Source: a virus
Taxonomy: Duplodnaviria > Caudoviricetes
DNA: 28,782 bases
Strand: one strand, 5' to 3'
IMG/VR virus record: IMGVR_UViG_3300008255_000382
Coordinates: 1 to 28,782 of that record
Below are positions 8,028 through 17,407 of this stretch, in pieces. Within the stretch, counting starts at the first letter, position 1. Every line of letters starts with the position of its first letter. The notes beneath the pieces are model-generated. The model worked only from the letters and a program-made list of their open reading frames with translations. It made no database searches and was not told the DNA's origin. A program made the position numbers and the translations under genes.

Positions 8028-9911
8028 TTAAGTTCCGAGGGCTTCCCAGTACAATCTATCTATCAATGAGCTTGTGTTCTGAGTTCGTATTGTTACCTCA
8101 AAGCCGCTATCATAGATCGTTCCGACTTTAATGTAATCAGTATCACCAGAACCCTGTATCGCATTGTTTAGGTGTATCTCGGACTGAGCCGTGATGATAT
8201 TATTTGCTGAACCATCTGCTAAGTCGGCGACAATTGCATCATATGACTCAACTCCTTCTAGTGCTACTATCTGCCCAACAAAATCCTGGTTGGTAGCTGC
8301 GGCGGCTTGACCTGCTGCAACGAGACGGATTCTGTTTGGTCTAAAACCTGTTTCTATAAAAATGCTGGTCTCCTTGCTGCTGCCCGACGTATCAAGAAGG
8401 ATACTTGTAAGTGTACCGCCAGCCATCATAGGGCCGTGTTTCACTGCCAGAGAGGTTGTACCAAATGCTTTGCCCACAGGTACAACTATCTCGGGAAACG
8501 CACTCGCCGTGCCGTGGGCGGCAGTTGGTGATTGCGTCAAGCTACCTGCGGTTGTGCTCGCATAGACGCTTTGGCCTGCCGTGAGCCCTGATAGTCCCGT
8601 AATGATACCAACAGGTTGAACTGTGACCGCTGCGTCTGCCGCTGCACTCGTAGTTACAAAACCATCGCAGCGGGATACAGGTGGATTATTGGCATCTGTC
8701 AAGAACACCTTGCCTCCGTAACTCTTCGTGAGAATCATCTCGTAGAAGATGTCAGAAGTCGTTGTAATGGCTGCCCATGTCGTCGTAGACGCTGTATAGG
8801 TCGTAGAACCTCCCTCGACAACGGATGCCGCATTACTCCGTCCAAGCTGATAGTAGTTTGTTCCGTCGTTGACTCCACTTCTCCTGAAAACGAAGGCGTA
8901 AGTCGTCCCGGAAACTATTGTCGGAGGTGTGCTAAATGTGTAAGTAAAAGTATCTCTATTGCCACTTGTTACGCTAGTTTTCGTAGCCGACGTGCCATCG
9001 GCCACGACTGTACCGTTGGGTAGACCGCCAGCCGTTTCTTGAATTTCAAGATAGTGATTATCCACTGGTGAGCCTTGATCGGCGACCGCTATAGTTATTT
9101 GTGTAATAGTAATAGAATCAGCAAGCGCATCAGTTATTGTAAATTGCTGTGCTACTTGAGAAGTAGCGTCTGCGTTCCCAACGTTTTGGGTAGTAGCACC
9201 TGAACCAGCAACCCAGTTGTTTTCTGTAACACGGCGGGCTGCACGGTAACTTGTCGAACCAACACAAACTGGCTGAGGTGCCGTAGCACCCGTAACGGTC
9301 TCACCGGCAGTCATCGAGACCACTGAATTTAGTGCTCCGGCTATTTCATCATCCACATACTTCTTATTTGTAAGTTTCTTATCAGAGGTTGGAGCTGCAT
9401 CGGTTAGATTTTCTGCACCATCATCATCAAAAATCTGCACACCAGTAAATGTATTTCCTCCTGCTAAATTGGCTTTTAAATTGTCAGCCGTATCTACATA
9501 AACCTTTGTAGTCAGCTCCGCATTAGCCCCTGGTGTATCCGTAGAAGTAGGTAATTGTGTGTTAAACGTCCATGCGCCTGTAATGGCCTCATTGTCATCA
9601 ACGTCAGCTTTGTTGTTGATAATGTAATGCAAGAGCGTACCCTCAAAACTCACACCATCAACGTGTGCTTTCTTGTTTCCTGCTACTTCCGTATTCGTAA
9701 GAGCGGTCTGCGAAAGTCCTCTTAACATGCCGGTAAGCTGCAAACCAGTTAGTCCAGCCCAGTAAACATCCTCCTCGCTTGCATCGCCACGTTCAAGCGT
9801 ACCGTAACCAGTAGTCTGTGCCGGTGCGTCATCTAAAATAGCTGTTGTTTGAACATCAGTTATTGCACCATTTAAGGTTGTGTCAAATCTAGTCTGTGTT
9901 TGGACTCCCAT
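8028..9911 (-). CDS. Tail fibre / receptor-binding protein
   Basis: 627 aa, Thr/Ala/Gly-rich. TKxYVD-type fibre repeats (LTTKVYVD, LTNKKYVD), ANLAGGNTFTG, GLSGLTAGQSVYAS. Follows the nozzle gene. Confidence 0.75.
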   Translation of the reverse strand: MGVQTQTRFDTTLNGAITDVQTTAILDDAPAQTTGYGTLERGDASEEDVYWAGLTGLQLTGMLRGLSQTALTNTEVAGNKKAHVDGVSFEGTLLHYIINNKADVDDNEAITGAWTFNTQLPTSTDTPGANAELTTKVYVDTADNLKANLAGGNTFTGVQIFDDDGAENLTDAAPTSDKKLTNKKYVDDEIAGALNSVVSMTAGETVTGATAPQPVCVGSTSYRAARRVTENNWVAGSGATTQNVGNADATSQVAQQFTITDALADSITITQITIAVADQGSPVDNHYLEIQETAGGLPNGTVVADGTSATKTSVTSGNRDTFTYTFSTPPTIVSGTTYAFVFRRSGVNDGTNYYQLGRSNAASVVEGGSTTYTASTTTWAAITTTSDIFYEMILTKSYGGKVFLTDANNPPVSRCDGFVTTSAAADAAVTVQPVGIITGLSGLTAGQSVYASTTAGSLTQSPTAAHGTASAFPEIVVPVGKAFGTTSLAVKHGPMMAGGTLTSILLDTSGSSKETSIFIETGFRPNRIRLVAAGQAAAATNQDFVGQIVALEGVESYDAIVADLADGSANNIITAQSEIHLNNAIQGSGDTDYIKVGTIYDSGFEVTIRTQNTSSLIDRLYWEALGT

Positions 9912-9923
9912 AAAAGTATTTGG

Positions 9924-11501
9924 TTATTGATCTATCAATGTGTACCTCTCGCTGCGAGGTATGTATTTAAGCTTCACTTGGTCTATAAAAACCCTTTGTA
10001 CCGTGAGTGAACTTTCAAACTCCACGCCAAACATCCTGTCAGTTGAACCCACGCTAATCATCTTATTGAATCTATAGACAGGTGGCGCACCGGCTTCTGC
10101 ACCTGTATATCCACCACCACCAACTACATCACCAACCATTCCCCAGTCATCATCTACCACCGTATCACCGGCGGCTATCTCTGCTGCCGTAGGAACTGCA
10201 ATTGTGTGAGTTTCTAGTCTGGCAAAATCCTCACCCAACAAATAAACCGTAATAACCGTGTTCTCACTTCGCGCACCCCGCACATACAAATAACGTCCAT
10301 ACTTGTAAAGGTCAGGCGCGCCATCATCCCTAAGTCCTGTTTTACCACCCCATGACATCGGAAAACCATTGTCTGAGAAACCGTTCTCATCTCTGTAAAC
10401 TTGTCCGGTATTCCCACCAACGGCAAAAAATGATTTACCGTCAACACTACAAGCCACCTGTGGGGAGGTAGACTTATCAAACCCCCAACCGCCTGTATCA
10501 CGATCATAAGTGAATAACAGATTGTTTTGATTTGAGCCGTTTTCTTTGAGAGCAAGTTTGTAAATCCCATCCTGATACCAAGAAACCGCGTCTGTTTGGT
10601 CTGGGTCTAAATCCCGTTTATGCCGCTGAATTACATACGACAAATCTTTAGTGCGCTCTTCCTCAAAATAGTTAGCTTCTCGCCCTAAACTTCGTATCTC
10701 CAAGTTTGGAGCGAGAAACCAAATATCATTCTCTACAACTGTTACAGCTCTGTGATTGATAGAACCTGTATTTTTAGTAATTGGCTGTACATTAACCACC
10801 GGAGCAGCTGCATCCGTGTAAAAGTTCGTAAATACATCAATCTGATCTCTCTTAAATACATACAATTTTTCATTCAAATTCTGCAATGATTCAATCCTTC
10901 CACCCTTACCAAGCAACTGCGCTCCACTTCCTGCACCTGTCCAGTCCTCAATATTTGCAGGCGTTCCAGAGGTAGCAGTCACGGTATACTGAACCGTCGC
11001 CGGAGCCACATTGTCCACCGCCCACATCTTCTCTGCCCATGTTGCCAGTAGGCGAGCGTTTGGAGAATCTGCCACCGTTGACCAAGTAGTGTCAGCAATC
11101 TTCCCAATATCATCCGTTCCATTACCAACATAAAAGGAACCGTTGTAACTCACTCCCTCAACATCAACATCACCAGCAGTCCACCCCGCCGCTACAATCG
11201 TTGAAGTAGTTTCAGGATCATCAACCTCAAAACGGGTAAACTCGCTGTCGTAATATGCCACAAGGTAATTTGTCTCCACGCCTGATGGAAAACGAATATA
11301 TGGAGAAAGCCCTTTTACGTTAGTGCCATCTTCCAACTCATCGCCAAAGGCTGTATATCCTTTCCGACTACCCCAACGACCACCAGCAAAGCGTGAATTT
11401 TCAGCATAAAATAATGCGTCCTTTGGTATTCTATTGCCTTCCATAAAAGCATCAACACCGTTGAAGAGAAAAAAATCTGATTTAGATAACCCTTTTTGCA
11501 T
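9924..11501 (-). CDS. Tail nozzle / DNA stabilisation protein (P22 gp10 / T7 gp12-like)
   Basis: 525 aa, beta-propeller-like. N-terminal AENSRF..GRWGSRKGY, LYVFKRDQI, and GSINHRAVTVVENDIWFL. Follows the adaptor gene. Confidence 0.75.
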   Translation of the reverse strand: MQKGLSKSDFFLFNGVDAFMEGNRIPKDALFYAENSRFAGGRWGSRKGYTAFGDELEDGTNVKGLSPYIRFPSGVETNYLVAYYDSEFTRFEVDDPETTSTIVAAGWTAGDVDVEGVSYNGSFYVGNGTDDIGKIADTTWSTVADSPNARLLATWAEKMWAVDNVAPATVQYTVTATSGTPANIEDWTGAGSGAQLLGKGGRIESLQNLNEKLYVFKRDQIDVFTNFYTDAAAPVVNVQPITKNTGSINHRAVTVVENDIWFLAPNLEIRSLGREANYFEEERTKDLSYVIQRHKRDLDPDQTDAVSWYQDGIYKLALKENGSNQNNLLFTYDRDTGGWGFDKSTSPQVACSVDGKSFFAVGGNTGQVYRDENGFSDNGFPMSWGGKTGLRDDGAPDLYKYGRYLYVRGARSENTVITVYLLGEDFARLETHTIAVPTAAEIAAGDTVVDDDWGMVGDVVGGGGYTGAEAGAPPVYRFNKMISVGSTDRMFGVEFESSLTVQRVFIDQVKLKYIPRSERYTLIDQ

Positions 11502-11504
11502 AAA

Positions 11505-12350
11505 TTAATCGTAAATTGACGGGCGCATAATCGGTCCTTTTGTTTTAATGCGATTATTTGCAAACGAATAAAACTTTTTAAGTTCCCTATAATATCGTTT
11601 CTCATGCCATTCAAACCCAGAACGCATGTCATCTCTTACCCCTATTCTCATAATTGCACCACTCACTAGCAAAGCTTCTCTAAACTTCCCGGGAATCAAA
11701 GATGGTTTGTCCCCCGTAGCGGTCATTAAAGTAAGCTCCTTGTTGTAAATAATCCCCACTTTCTGTGCCGCCGACGTTTCGGGGAAAAAGAAATAACCGT
11801 CAAAGATCGTGTAATTTCTATATTGGCTATCGGCTACGTTGAGCCAAACAGCTGGCTGTTTGAATTTATACAAAAGACCATCTATGTAAACGGCATTTAT
11901 TTCCTGTTCATCTATATCGGTTATAGAGGAGAGAGGATAACCCAGCCTCACCTTCACACCATCGGCATGTGCATGCTGTATGCCTGTAACTACGGTCAGA
12001 TCAGTGACTAAATCATTAGTTGTATATTGCGCCCAATCCTTGCTATCAATGAGTATTTTCCTTGTAGCATTTGGAAAGTCAGAAGAGTCCTCAAGCGTGA
12101 TCGTAGTATCTCCTACCACCAATGCGCCATTTGTGGTAGCGTCCGCGACAGTGGCAAATTCAAAGTTAGCCTCCCGAAGATATGCATCATCCTCAGGCTC
12201 GTTGAAAATATCCATATACACAGAATTAACTGCATCTTCCACCACATCTAAGGGAATGGCGTTACTCCCAGCCACAGGTTCCTTGTACTCTGTCAGCACC
12301 GCAGAACAAATCTGGGTGAAGGTCATATCTAAATTTATGTAGTTTGTCAT
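11505..12350 (-). CDS. Head-tail adaptor/connector protein
   Basis: N-terminal helical hairpin, C-terminal DKPSLIPGKFREALLVSGA typical of podovirus adaptor rings, directly upstream of the nozzle gene. Confidence 0.7.
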   Translation of the reverse strand: MTNYINLDMTFTQICSAVLTEYKEPVAGSNAIPLDVVEDAVNSVYMDIFNEPEDDAYLREANFEFATVADATTNGALVVGDTTITLEDSSDFPNATRKILIDSKDWAQYTTNDLVTDLTVVTGIQHAHADGVKVRLGYPLSSITDIDEQEINAVYIDGLLYKFKQPAVWLNVADSQYRNYTIFDGYFFFPETSAAQKVGIIYNKELTLMTATGDKPSLIPGKFREALLVSGAIMRIGVRDDMRSGFEWHEKRYYRELKKFYSFANNRIKTKGPIMRPSIYD

Positions 12351-12353
12351 AAT

Positions 12354-12719
12354 TTAAGGTCTTTTAGGGATTCTTTCTTCAATAATCCGTGTTAGATCAG
12401 TGATTCTATTTGTAATTGCTAGGTTCATTTCATAAACGTCAGTTGTGAGCTTTGTGACCTTGATGTCCACCGTATGCGTGTGATTCTGCGCCAAAGTAAA
12501 CGCATCATCTAATCTCTTTCCAAAGTCGAGAAACTTTCTGTCGTTAGCCTCTCTCTCAATAGTCACCTGCTGGGCAAGAAGTGCAGCCCTGCCATCCGTT
12601 TCAGTGTTTTCTCTCGCAAGTTTTTCCTGTGGGTTACGAAAGAAGAAGAAAACTGAGAATACAATCCCGACAAGAGTCGTTATTCCCAGTATGTAATTGA
12701 TTGTTTCTGCCTCTGGCAT
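12354..12719 (-). CDS. Single-TM protein with coiled coil (holin/hemolysin XhlA-like architecture)
   Basis: N-terminal TM segment ILGITTLVGIVFSVFFFF, then a heptad-like region. ATG at 12719 preferred over TTG 12725. Confidence 0.6.
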   Translation of the reverse strand: MPEAETINYILGITTLVGIVFSVFFFFRNPQEKLARENTETDGRAALLAQQVTIEREANDRKFLDFGKRLDDAFTLAQNHTHTVDIKVTKLTTDVYEMNLAITNRITDLTRIIEERIPKRP

Positions 12720-12734
12720 TTTCAAAAAGTTAAA

Positions 12735-13706
12735 TTACCCCACTCCCAACAACAACAACTTGCGGAATGATCCAGTCGGTAAAGTGTAGGTTATAGTTAG
12801 TTTTGGATCATTATCTGTACCTGCCTGATCTGCGGAAAAAACTTGTGCATTGTAGCTCAATCCTGCGCCAGCTTCTACATTACCAATATCGTGTTCCACC
12901 TCACGGAATCCAAATTTAGATATTCCAGTCAATGAAATATTCCCTAGCCCTGTTGCGTTCATTGTCATGTCGTTATAGGCAACGGTCGAGAATGACCCCG
13001 ATGGATAATCGTCTGCTTGTCCCACTTCACCTATTTGATCAAAATCACCCAATGCGATAGCGGTATCAGAAGCTGGCGTTGTTGTCACCATCCTGATATT
13101 AAACGCAGCGGGAGCACCCAATAGCGAGCCATAAACACTGTAGACACCAGCAGAGATAACAGCATCGGCGGTCAAAGCACTGGTATCAAACAGCGTGTAT
13201 GCCCTATGTATTTCGTGACTTGTGGTGAAATTCCGTGCTCTTGCTCTAATCACCGCCGCACTATCATCAATCGCCGTACCATCAGTAGCGTTGCGGACAT
13301 CTTCCCATGCGACACCAACCAATTGAGTATTGGCAATAAGCCCGTCAAAAGAAGTCACCTCTACATTTGGATCAGGGTAAACCACTAAACTGTCAAAGCC
13401 TAAATTCCACGCTGGATTGATGGGATTGGCTATCAATACATCCCATGCATGGAACAAATACCACAAAGGCTTCAAACCATAAAAAAGCCGTTTTCCAAAT
13501 TTATTGTGAGTACGAAATTCAGTACTAAATCCCCCCTCTTCTTGCCATGTGATTGCGTTAGGAGTGATATTGAGAATCTTATTCTTACCAACGCTCGAAC
13601 CCTCCCCCCAAATACGGAAAAACCACCTTCCTATCAGCGTGTTGACAAAGAAAAGCAGTATTTTCTGATGTTTCTCGAACCATTCTTTGCTGAATACTTG
13701 AATCAT
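12735..13706 (-). CDS. Virion accessory protein with DNRLRE/CBM96-like beta-sandwich domain
   Basis: IHRAYTLFDTSAL..AVISAG and FSAD...DPKLTITY fit the R-x-Y-x-x-F-D and PKL-x-I-x-Y pattern. The first ~105 aa are aromatic and basic. Confidence 0.6.
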   Translation of the reverse strand: MIQVFSKEWFEKHQKILLFFVNTLIGRWFFRIWGEGSSVGKNKILNITPNAITWQEEGGFSTEFRTHNKFGKRLFYGLKPLWYLFHAWDVLIANPINPAWNLGFDSLVVYPDPNVEVTSFDGLIANTQLVGVAWEDVRNATDGTAIDDSAAVIRARARNFTTSHEIHRAYTLFDTSALTADAVISAGVYSVYGSLLGAPAAFNIRMVTTTPASDTAIALGDFDQIGEVGQADDYPSGSFSTVAYNDMTMNATGLGNISLTGISKFGFREVEHDIGNVEAGAGLSYNAQVFSADQAGTDNDPKLTITYTLPTGSFRKLLLLGVG

Positions 13707-13900
13707 TTGCGTTGGGTTAGTTCTTTGTCTACAAACGAGCGGATCACCTTGTCGGTTTTGTTGCGTTTGTAAAATTTATGAGTTTTTTGCTCAATCAATC
13801 TCATCTCGGGTGGTTCAGTGCTGATAACTTCGTATGTCCTAACCAGCACTTTCGTTTGTGCGCCCACCCTGTTTATATAGCTAATATGTTTTTCAATCAT
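13703..13900 (-). CDS. Small basic hypothetical protein
   Basis: ATG at 13900 (MIEKHISY...) fills the gap. Its TGA overlaps the next ATG (ATGA coupling at 13703-13706). Confidence 0.65.
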   Translation of the reverse strand: MIEKHISYINRVGAQTKVLVRTYEVISTEPPEMRLIEQKTHKFYKRNKTDKVIRSFVDKELTQRK

Positions 13901-13908
13901 AAGAAAAA

Positions 13909-15060
13909 TTAAACGGATACAAGTGCGTAGCATAGGAAGCCGTCAACATCCCCTCCAGTGATATCAATCTCCAAATCTTTGTCGGTGGCGAGTTTTAACA
14001 CTGGCATTGAGAAGTTCCCACTCGGAGGTACGGAGATACCGCCATATTGCCCAAACTCCATAATTCCAGTCAATGCGGTGTCATCCTCATCTTGCAAGCT
14101 CACCGTTTGGCCATCAGCGTCACCACAAGTAAATCCATACCCATAAACCCAGATTTGTTTGCTTGCTGCACTGGCAACAAGAACTTGATTAGCCCCTGTA
14201 GTTAGATTGATCGCCACTTGCTGATATGAATCAATAACTGGAGCACTGGGACCAGTGATTGAGGCTGCAATGTCCTCCAAATCTGCGGAATCAATTAAAG
14301 CCGTAGCATTAGCCTTGGTTTTATATGTGGCAACTTCGCTATTATCCGCATCCAACTTCCTCGCATAAATTCTCCCCTCATTATAATCAACAGCATATTG
14401 ACCATCTGTTAATGAAGCCAAGAGCCTGAACTCTGATTGACCTGTATGATCTGGGTTCTCCGGCTCATTCCAAGGAACCTCCTCACTGAAAGTATCTGAC
14501 GCACTCCACGTTAAAGATGTTGTGTATCTGTAGATTTCTACGGTAAAGCCAGTAGCTGCATCAAAAGTTGTTGCGTCACCCTGAAACCAGTTCTGCGTAC
14601 CCAACACTACATTAGTATGAACCGCAAAAGTATAGACATCAGAAGCGACACTCACTGCACCAATCCACCCATAAAGGACTTTTCCTGCCCCGTCCGTAAC
14701 TTTTGCCACGTATCTACCGTTCGTGCTGGATTCAAAAATATCTTCTAAATTGATTGCTGAATCATAAACGTCAAAAGTGGCTGAACCGTCCGTCTCTACA
14801 AGAGTTTGCCCCTTAGCTTTATATTGTAGGTTTTTCTGATTGCCCCAATAAGAGCCAACTAAACCAGTATTCAGCTCCAATATTGGCGATTCAGTTAATT
14901 GGATAATAACCGTCCTGCTGGCTTCGTCCACTACATAAACATTGGTATCAATGTTCACGGTCTCACTAGCCGATACTATTTTTGACCCCTGTCCTACATC
15001 TTCCGTGAACATTGGTCTTTGTGGTGACATTATCGTGCCACCCATTTCATATGATCTCAT
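13909..15060 (-). CDS. Virion structural protein, beta-rich (unknown function)
   Basis: 383 aa, acidic and Thr/Ser-rich, with a jelly-roll-like C-terminal ~110 aa; lies within the structural operon. Confidence 0.6.
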   Translation of the reverse strand: MRSYEMGGTIMSPQRPMFTEDVGQGSKIVSASETVNIDTNVYVVDEASRTVIIQLTESPILELNTGLVGSYWGNQKNLQYKAKGQTLVETDGSATFDVYDSAINLEDIFESSTNGRYVAKVTDGAGKVLYGWIGAVSVASDVYTFAVHTNVVLGTQNWFQGDATTFDAATGFTVEIYRYTTSLTWSASDTFSEEVPWNEPENPDHTGQSEFRLLASLTDGQYAVDYNEGRIYARKLDADNSEVATYKTKANATALIDSADLEDIAASITGPSAPVIDSYQQVAINLTTGANQVLVASAASKQIWVYGYGFTCGDADGQTVSLQDEDDTALTGIMEFGQYGGISVPPSGNFSMPVLKLATDKDLEIDITGGDVDGFLCYALVSV

Positions 15061-15107
15061 AACGTATTAGGTTAGATTCGCTGTATTAGAGCGATTAAAT
15101 AAAACTA

Positions 15108-15218
15108 TTATCTGTAAGACTTTTTCTCCATCATCTTCTTCGTGGGCATTTTCGCTTTATCCATCGGTGTTTTTACCTTATCCATTGTTGCCTTAAATTT
15201 TTCTCGTCGTGTTGGCAT
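15108..15218 (-). CDS. 36-aa Lys/Met-rich basic peptide
   Basis: Below the ORF-track size cutoff. MPTRREKFKATMDKVKTPMDKAKMPTKKMMEKKSYR*. Starts 12 nt after the upstream stop and fills most of the intergenic gap. Confidence 0.65.
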   Translation of the reverse strand: MPTRREKFKATMDKVKTPMDKAKMPTKKMMEKKSYR

Positions 15219-15230
15219 GGTTGAGTAGTA

Positions 15231-15830
15231 TTAAGATTTAAAACGTTGTGCTACAACCGGTCCTATTAATTGTTGCTTTTGTTCGTAAGACAAAGCCATA
15301 AACTCACTGGCATTTTTGATTCCCGCTTCGTTTAGCTTCTGGATTGATTTAGTGCCAAGTCCATTAATTTGCAATAAAGAATCCTCGCCAGGAGTAATCA
15401 CCTTATCGGATGGCACGGAATCAAGTTGAGATTTTTCAATTCCAAACTGTTTAGCTCTACGCTCCTTTTCAGCTTCAATTCGTTCTCTATCCTTCTGTCT
15501 CGCTGCCTCAAGTTTAGCCTCCCATTCAGCTTCCATTTGTGGATTATCAATTTCAATTCCTTTCTGCGCCATTTCCGCAAGCTCACGCCGTACTCTGCTT
15601 TCTTCTGTGTTAGAGATCTTCACGGTCTCATACCGATCAATAGCCATTTGCAAAAACGCCTCAACAGTTGGAGAAATAAAACCACTCCATGATCTAAGGA
15701 CAATCACCTTATCCCTACCCTTTGCTACATCGAACATACCCATATAAGAAGGGTCGATTTTTCGCAACTCCTCAACGGGGTCGAGTTCTGCAAAGTTTAT
15801 CTCACTAATTGGTCGTTCTAAAATGTGCAT
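15231..15830 (-). CDS. Protein with coiled coil and C-terminal helix-hairpin-helix DNA-binding motif
   Basis: DSLLQINGLGTKSIQKLNEAGI matches the HhH consensus (L-x-x-I-x-G-h-G-x-K...L-x-x-x-G-I). Confidence 0.7.
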   Translation of the reverse strand: MHILERPISEINFAELDPVEELRKIDPSYMGMFDVAKGRDKVIVLRSWSGFISPTVEAFLQMAIDRYETVKISNTEESRVRRELAEMAQKGIEIDNPQMEAEWEAKLEAARQKDRERIEAEKERRAKQFGIEKSQLDSVPSDKVITPGEDSLLQINGLGTKSIQKLNEAGIKNASEFMALSYEQKQQLIGPVVAQRFKS

Positions 15831-15846
15831 ATGATTGTGATTAAAT

Positions 15847-15883
15847 GCTAGCGGGAAGGGGTATAAACCCCCTCCACGTCAGC
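15847..15883 (-). terminator. GC-rich stem-loop after the head genes (terminator/attenuator or processing site)
   Basis: Minus strand GGAGGGGGT-TTAT-ACCCCTTCC (one G-U pair) with an extended outer stem. Only a weak U-tract follows (AUUU). Confidence 0.55.
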
Positions 15884-15900
15884 CTTTAATAATTTAATTA

Positions 15901-17388
15901 TTAAGCTGCTGCTGTTACCACACTCAAAGGTGATAACGGCTCAAACGTCATATACCACGCTATTACGCCAGTTTGCGCTGCGGAGCCGCGAGCATGAACC
16001 GTGCCAATAGGTAGAATAAAATACGTTTCATCTACTGTTACAGGGTCAAGAATAACCGCCCCTGCTGTTACGGGAGTGAACACACTAGTCGCCCCTACGT
16101 TGTAGTAGGAAGTACCAGCTGCATCATCGTTAATCGCCACCGGAGCAGCGTTCAGATTAACAGTCGCTGCAGGAGTGGTCGTTACGATCTGCAAGTCCAT
16201 ATTAGAAGCACCACCAATAATGGTAGTCACAACTCCAACGATTCTTGCACGAACCGGACCACCAGTAATAACGAAAAGATCATCATTACCAGTAAGGACA
16301 GCTCCATCTACTTTAGCCACACATTGTGGTAAAGCTGCCAATGTAGCCGGTAAGGTTGTTCCTGTATCTACCAAAATATCATCAACAATACCGTCGATTG
16401 TAGCAAGAGTTGCTGGAAGGGTTGTCCCAGTATCAGTAAGAATCTCGCTAACATCATCCTCAATAGAACCTGTATTAGCTGTACCAATTCTTTGGCCTGC
16501 TTCGCCACTATTATCAGCACCAAAGGATTCGTAGATGGTAATACCACCCACGTTATTAATCCATGTGGTTTGACCATCTGTAGCGATACGACAAGAACAA
16601 TTTCTAATCCAGCCTGTACTTGAAAGCGAGTTGCCCTCGATATTAACATCGACAGCATTTGCGTTTTCGAGAGTACAATCCTCGATCAAGATATCACTAG
16701 TCAGCGTGGTTAGTATGCGGATATTAGCCGCAGAAAAATCACCATTAGACTTGAGCCCTTTCACAACGTGCTTTGAACCACCTACGAAGGTGACAAAAGC
16801 CGTTGCTCCTGCTGTGTCAGAACCGACATGTCGGCAATCAAGAATCTGCAAATTAGTATTTGTCGCAGCTGTTACAAACCAAGCGTCAGTTTGTTTTGCT
16901 GCTGTATCATCTCTAAATTCACAATTCCTAAATGTGACATTATCAACACTCGCTTCGATATCAAGTGGCTCGTTCAATCCATCAACATCATTTACGAAAA
17001 TAATGTTTTCAACGAGAAGATTGTCAGCGCCAAAATCCATATCCGCCGTGTCCACCGTGTCAAAGGTGATTTTTGGTCGGGCATCGCCCACACCAAGACC
17101 AATAAGTTTTGAACCTGCAACATCAAAATCAATGTCACCAGCTGCACTTACTGTCTCCGTATATCCAGATGACAAAAGAATTTCATCACCTAGACCTGAT
17201 CGTAGAACTCCAATAGCGGAATCTAGATCAGTAAAAATCAATGTACTACCGTCAATTGGGTCAGTCTTATAGCCAAAGGTATCCCTTAGCGTAGCAGTAT
17301 CCGCAGCAGTAATGTTCTTACAAAGAACACGTTTGCCAGGATGTCCACCCGCCGCTGTTCCCAATTCTAATCCGTTTTTGTCTACCAT
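15901..17388 (-). CDS. Pectin-lyase-like parallel beta-helix virion protein (head fibre/spike)
   Basis: GDEILLSSGYTE, LIGLGVGDARPKITF, ADNLLVENIIF, NVTFRNCEF and ILIEDCTL are beta-helix rungs. Directly after the MCP gene. Confidence 0.7.
   Translation of the reverse strand: MVDKNGLELGTAAGGHPGKRVLCKNITAADTATLRDTFGYKTDPIDGSTLIFTDLDSAIGVLRSGLGDEILLSSGYTETVSAAGDIDFDVAGSKLIGLGVGDARPKITFDTVDTADMDFGADNLLVENIIFVNDVDGLNEPLDIEASVDNVTFRNCEFRDDTAAKQTDAWFVTAATNTNLQILDCRHVGSDTAGATAFVTFVGGSKHVVKGLKSNGDFSAANIRILTTLTSDILIEDCTLENANAVDVNIEGNSLSSTGWIRNCSCRIATDGQTTWINNVGGITIYESFGADNSGEAGQRIGTANTGSIEDDVSEILTDTGTTLPATLATIDGIVDDILVDTGTTLPATLAALPQCVAKVDGAVLTGNDDLFVITGGPVRARIVGVVTTIIGGASNMDLQIVTTTPAATVNLNAAPVAINDDAAGTSYYNVGATSVFTPVTAGAVILDPVTVDETYFILPIGTVHARGSAAQTGVIAWYMTFEPLSPLSVVTAAA
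16330..16460 (-). repeat. Tandem 21-aa repeat (ILxDTGTTLPATLA x2)
   Basis: EILTDTGTTLPATLATIDGIVDDILVDTGTTLPATLAAL; degenerate at the DNA level. Confidence 0.85.
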
Positions 17389-17407
17389 TTTATAGTTGGG
17401 TTAAAAG

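Noticed and set aside
15078-15094. Small hairpin tcgct...agcga
   Set aside because: 5-bp stem with no convincing U-tract; too weak to call a terminator.
16631-17272. 213-aa plus-strand ORF (and the many other 60-135 aa plus-strand ORFs)
   Set aside because: Antisense shadows of well-supported minus-strand genes; Ser/Phe-rich, no motifs.
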